Assembly (NCBI GenBank): GCA_965368975.1
Contig: CBDUPA010000005.1
Span: forward strand, 160,001-224,000
Length of the DNA: 64,000 bases
Direction of reading: 5' to 3'
Source: an uncultured bacterium
Lineage (GTDB): Bacteria; Acidobacteriota; Thermoanaerobaculia; Multivoradales; JAHZIX01
Under the pieces are notes generated by a model, which worked only from the letters and a program-made list of their open reading frames with translations, was not told the origin of the DNA and made no database searches. Positions 47,041 to 64,000 of the stretch are shown here, piece by piece. The translations under genes were made by a program, and so were the position numbers. How positions within the stretch are numbered: the first letter of the stretch is position 1; each line of letters opens with the position of its first letter.

Positions 47041-48510
47041 TCAAGCGGTGGCTGGGCTCTCAACGGGGCTCTCGACGGGGGCCTTGCCGCCGTGATCTCC
47101 TGCGTGCGCCTCGAGGAACGTCTCCGGCTTGCTGAACACCTTGGCGATGTTCATGCCCTTGCGCACCGCTGACCAGCTCACCTTGCCGGTCGCCAGCGCT
47201 GCACCTAGCTGCAGGTACGTACGCGCCTTGCCGCGGTGGCGGTAGCGCACCTCCAGGATGTGACGCCACAGGCTGGAGTACTCCTCGTAGAAGTCTTCCA
47301 GGGACAACTTGGTCGGCAGGACGGTGTGGATGATGTCGAACATCTCCCAGTTGTGCGTGGTGACGTCGTGCTGGGCCTGGTCCCACAAGTCCGTGCCGGG
47401 CAGCGGCGTGAGGACAGAGAAGCCCGCGTTGTAGGCGCCGGTGTCGTCGATCCAGTCGCGCAGGCGGGCGAAGTCGTCACGGTCCCAGTTGGGGTCGACG
47501 ATGAAGTTCGGGGTATAGCCGACGCCCAGGTCGCGCAGGATTTCCAGGGCGCGACGGTTGTTGTCGACGGAGTTCTTCTTGTTGACGCGGCTCAAGCCTT
47601 CGTCGGTCACGGCTTCGACGCCGAGGAAGATCGACAGGTGGCCGCAGTCTTTCCACATCTCGATCAGTTCCGGGAACTTGCAGATGATGTCGGTGCGCGT
47701 CTGGACGGTGAAGTACTTCTTGATGCCGGCGGCCTTGATCTGCTTGGCCATCTCTTCGCCGCGTCGCACGTTCATCCAGAAGATGTCGTCGGTGATGAAG
47801 ACGTTCTCGGCCTCGATGTCCTGGAGCTCCCGCACCACGCGTTCCGGGGACTTCTCTCGGAACGTGCTCTCGTGGAACTTCCAGACGGAGCAGAAGTTGC
47901 ACTTGAAGGGGCAGCCGCGCGCGGTTTCCATGAGGGCCAGGGGCTTACGGAAGTTGATGTAGTAGTCGGGGGCGTAGTGGGAGATCAGGTGGCGCGCGGG
48001 CATGGGCAGGTCGTCGAGGTCACGGCGGGCTGGAGGTGGCCCCGTGGGAACGAACGTGCCGTCGACGTTGAGCAGCAGGCCGGGTGAGGTCTTGGGGTCG
48101 GCGCCACGATCGAGCGTGTCGACCAGCGGTGGCATGACTTCCTCACCGTCGCCGATCGCCACCGCGTCGACGGCAGGGTCGGCGAACCACTGGGGCTCTC
48201 GGGACGCGTCGTGGCCGCCGATCAGGACGAAGGCCTCCGGCAGCTCGCGTTTCACCCGGCGAGCCAACTTCAGGGTGCGGTAGCGCTCGGTGGTGAAATT
48301 GCACTGGAGCCCTACGAGGGCGGGCTCGAAGTCGCGGCACTGCGCCATGCCTGGTTCTTCCCCATCGAGACGCAGGTCGAAGATGCGGCATTCGTGGCCA
48401 TCATTCTCCAGGCCGCCGGCGATGCAGATGGGGCCCAGAGGCTCGACGAAGGTCAGCATCTCGAGGCCGAGAATGCCGCCGATCGGTGGCTTGACAAAGG
48501 CGACGCGCAT
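47041..48510 (-). CDS. cobalamin-dependent radical SAM protein (HpnR-like)
   Basis: N-terminal B12-binding domain (EPLG, IGGHDAS, AIGDGEE), RGCPFKCNFC, TDDIF, LTPLPGT, FDIIHTVLPTKL. Confidence 0.88.
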   Translation of the reverse strand: MRVAFVKPPIGGILGLEMLTFVEPLGPICIAGGLENDGHECRIFDLRLDGEEPGMAQCRDFEPALVGLQCNFTTERYRTLKLARRVKRELPEAFVLIGGHDASREPQWFADPAVDAVAIGDGEEVMPPLVDTLDRGADPKTSPGLLLNVDGTFVPTGPPPARRDLDDLPMPARHLISHYAPDYYINFRKPLALMETARGCPFKCNFCSVWKFHESTFREKSPERVVRELQDIEAENVFITDDIFWMNVRRGEEMAKQIKAAGIKKYFTVQTRTDIICKFPELIEMWKDCGHLSIFLGVEAVTDEGLSRVNKKNSVDNNRRALEILRDLGVGYTPNFIVDPNWDRDDFARLRDWIDDTGAYNAGFSVLTPLPGTDLWDQAQHDVTTHNWEMFDIIHTVLPTKLSLEDFYEEYSSLWRHILEVRYRHRGKARTYLQLGAALATGKVSWSAVRKGMNIAKVFSKPETFLEAHAGDHGGKAPVESPVESPATA

Positions 48511-48685
48511 GGGAACCTCCCGAAGTGGTGGTCAAAGTAAGGATGTGCTCATCGTACACGACCGCGTATTGCCATGTTCCAAGGGTCACTGAACCGTTCT
48601 TGGAGGCGTTGTTCCTGGGCGATGCTGGGGTACACTGTCCGCTCCTTTTTCGGGCTGCGCTGCAGCCGGTGATCGAGTCCCATCG

Positions 48686-62541
<13,856 letters not shown>

Positions 62542-62542
<1 letters not shown>

Positions 62543-64000
62543 TGCCGTCAGAACCCGTGATCGTCGACGAGTACCCGCTGGCGTACGGCCAGCGCACCAT
62601 GTGGTTCGTGCAGCGCCTGGCACCCGACAGCGCCGCCTACAACGTGCTCGCCGCCTTCCGCGTCCGCGGCCAGCTCGATGTCGAGGCCTTCGTCGACGCC
62701 TGGCAGCGGTTGACCGATCGGCACGAAGCCCTGCGCACCACCTACCACGATGTCGATGGCGTGCCGGTGCAGCGCTTGCACGCACGCCTGCCGATCGAGT
62801 CGCAGGTGGTCGATGTGGTGGGGCAAGGGCAGGCGGAGGTGCAAGCCAAGGTCGCCGCCGACGCCCACCGTCCCTTCGACCTGCAGAGCGGCCCGATCGT
62901 GCGCCTGCGGCTCTACCGCTGTTCCGAAGCCGCCGACGAGCACGTCTTCCTGCTCGCCATCCACCACATCGCCATCGACGCTACCGCCCTCGGCTTCTTG
63001 CTCGGCGAGCTGGGCCGCGTCTACCCGGCCCTACGCGACGGCAAGGAACCGCCCGAGCTACCCGCTCTGCCCTGGAGCTTCGGGGACTTCGTCCATTGGC
63101 AGCTGGAGCGGCTGGAAGGTCCGGGCGGCGCTGAGCTGCGGCAGCGCTGGTACCGCCGTCTGAGTGCCTCGCCGCCGCAACTCAACCTGCCCTTCGACCG
63201 TCCGAGATCGACCGTCCAGACCTTTGGTGGCGCCATGCCGAGTGCCACCTACGCTCCGGACCTGGTCGAACGCCTGCGCGCCGTGGGGCAGAAGGTCGAT
63301 GTTCCTCTGCGCGCCGTCTTCCTGGCTGCCTTCCAGGCGCTGCTCTACCGCTACAGCGGCCAGACCGACATCCTCGTCGGCAGCCCCGTCAGCGGTCGCA
63401 CGCGTCCCGAGATGGACCGGCTCGTCGGCTTCTTCGTCAACACCATCGTCATCCGCGCCGATCTCAGCGCTGCCACCGCCGGTACCCTCACCTTCCGCGA
63501 CCTCCTGCGCCACGTCGGGGAGCGCTTCGCCGAAGCCGAGGCGGGCCAGGACTACCCGTTCACGCTCCTGGTCGAACAGCTACAACCGGACCGCAGTCAG
63601 GGGCAATCGCCGTTCTTCCAGGTGTTGTTTGTGTTGTATGGGGGGGAGCCGGTCGTCAAAGATGCCCCGGACCCGGGCCAATTGCAACGCATGATGCAGG
63701 GCGAGGGTGGCTCTCTGGCCACCGGCGACCTGCAACTCGAAGCCATGCCGGTCAAGGGCGAGTCGTCGATGCTCGACCTGAGCTTGTTGATGCACGCCAA
63801 CGAGACACCCGACGGCACCCGCGTCGACGCCAACTTCCAGTACAACACCCACCTCTTCGATGGTTCCACCATCGATACCCTGATGGCCGATTACCGCACG
63901 CTGCTCGAAGCCGTCGCGTCGAATGCCGACCGTCCCGTCGCCGGCCTGCCGGCCTCACTCGGCGTCGCGGAACGCAAGGTGTCGGAAGAAGCCGTGCAGC
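62542..64000 (+). CDS. second NRPS gene, N-terminal condensation domain (partial)
   Basis: TGATG overlap with the first NRPS. Manual translation: MPSEPVIVDEYPLAYGQRTMWFVQRLAPDSAAYNV...HHIAIDAT...VGFFVNTIVIRAD...QDYPFTLLVEQL; open to the window end. Confidence 0.92.

Overview
GC-rich bacterial chromosome segment, densely coding, with no rRNA, tRNA, CRISPR array or transposase found. The rseP-PASTA-rpe-bamD-ybgF order and the CRTAC1/TPR content suggest Acidobacteriota, possibly Thermoanaerobaculia (inference only). From left to right: two TMTC-like GT-C membrane proteins divergent from a CRTAC1(ASPIC/UnbV)-TPR lipoprotein operon; a small secreted Cys/Trp peptide coupled to a large propeller/carboxypeptidase-regulatory-like protein; dsbD and a thioredoxin; several metallopeptidases; an envelope and housekeeping block; a SHMT homologue with altered active-site residues; a metK-molybdoenzyme/pentapeptide-MATE-SurA operon; a doubly inactivated DUF4258/YgiT toxin-antitoxin pair beside a double-glycine-type peptide and a DUF4157 protein; MMPL, pgsA, SLT and a B12 radical SAM gene; and the start of an NRPS cluster (one 4-module protein plus a partial second gene). 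The strongest leads are a GTAG-type REP pair translated in frame inside an NRPS adenylation domain, the alpha-methylserine-synthase-like SHMT, the apparently non-collinear NRPS with unusual A-domain codes next to a B12 radical SAM, and two orphan peptide-partner gene pairs. All family calls come from motif recognition by eye, not from database searches.
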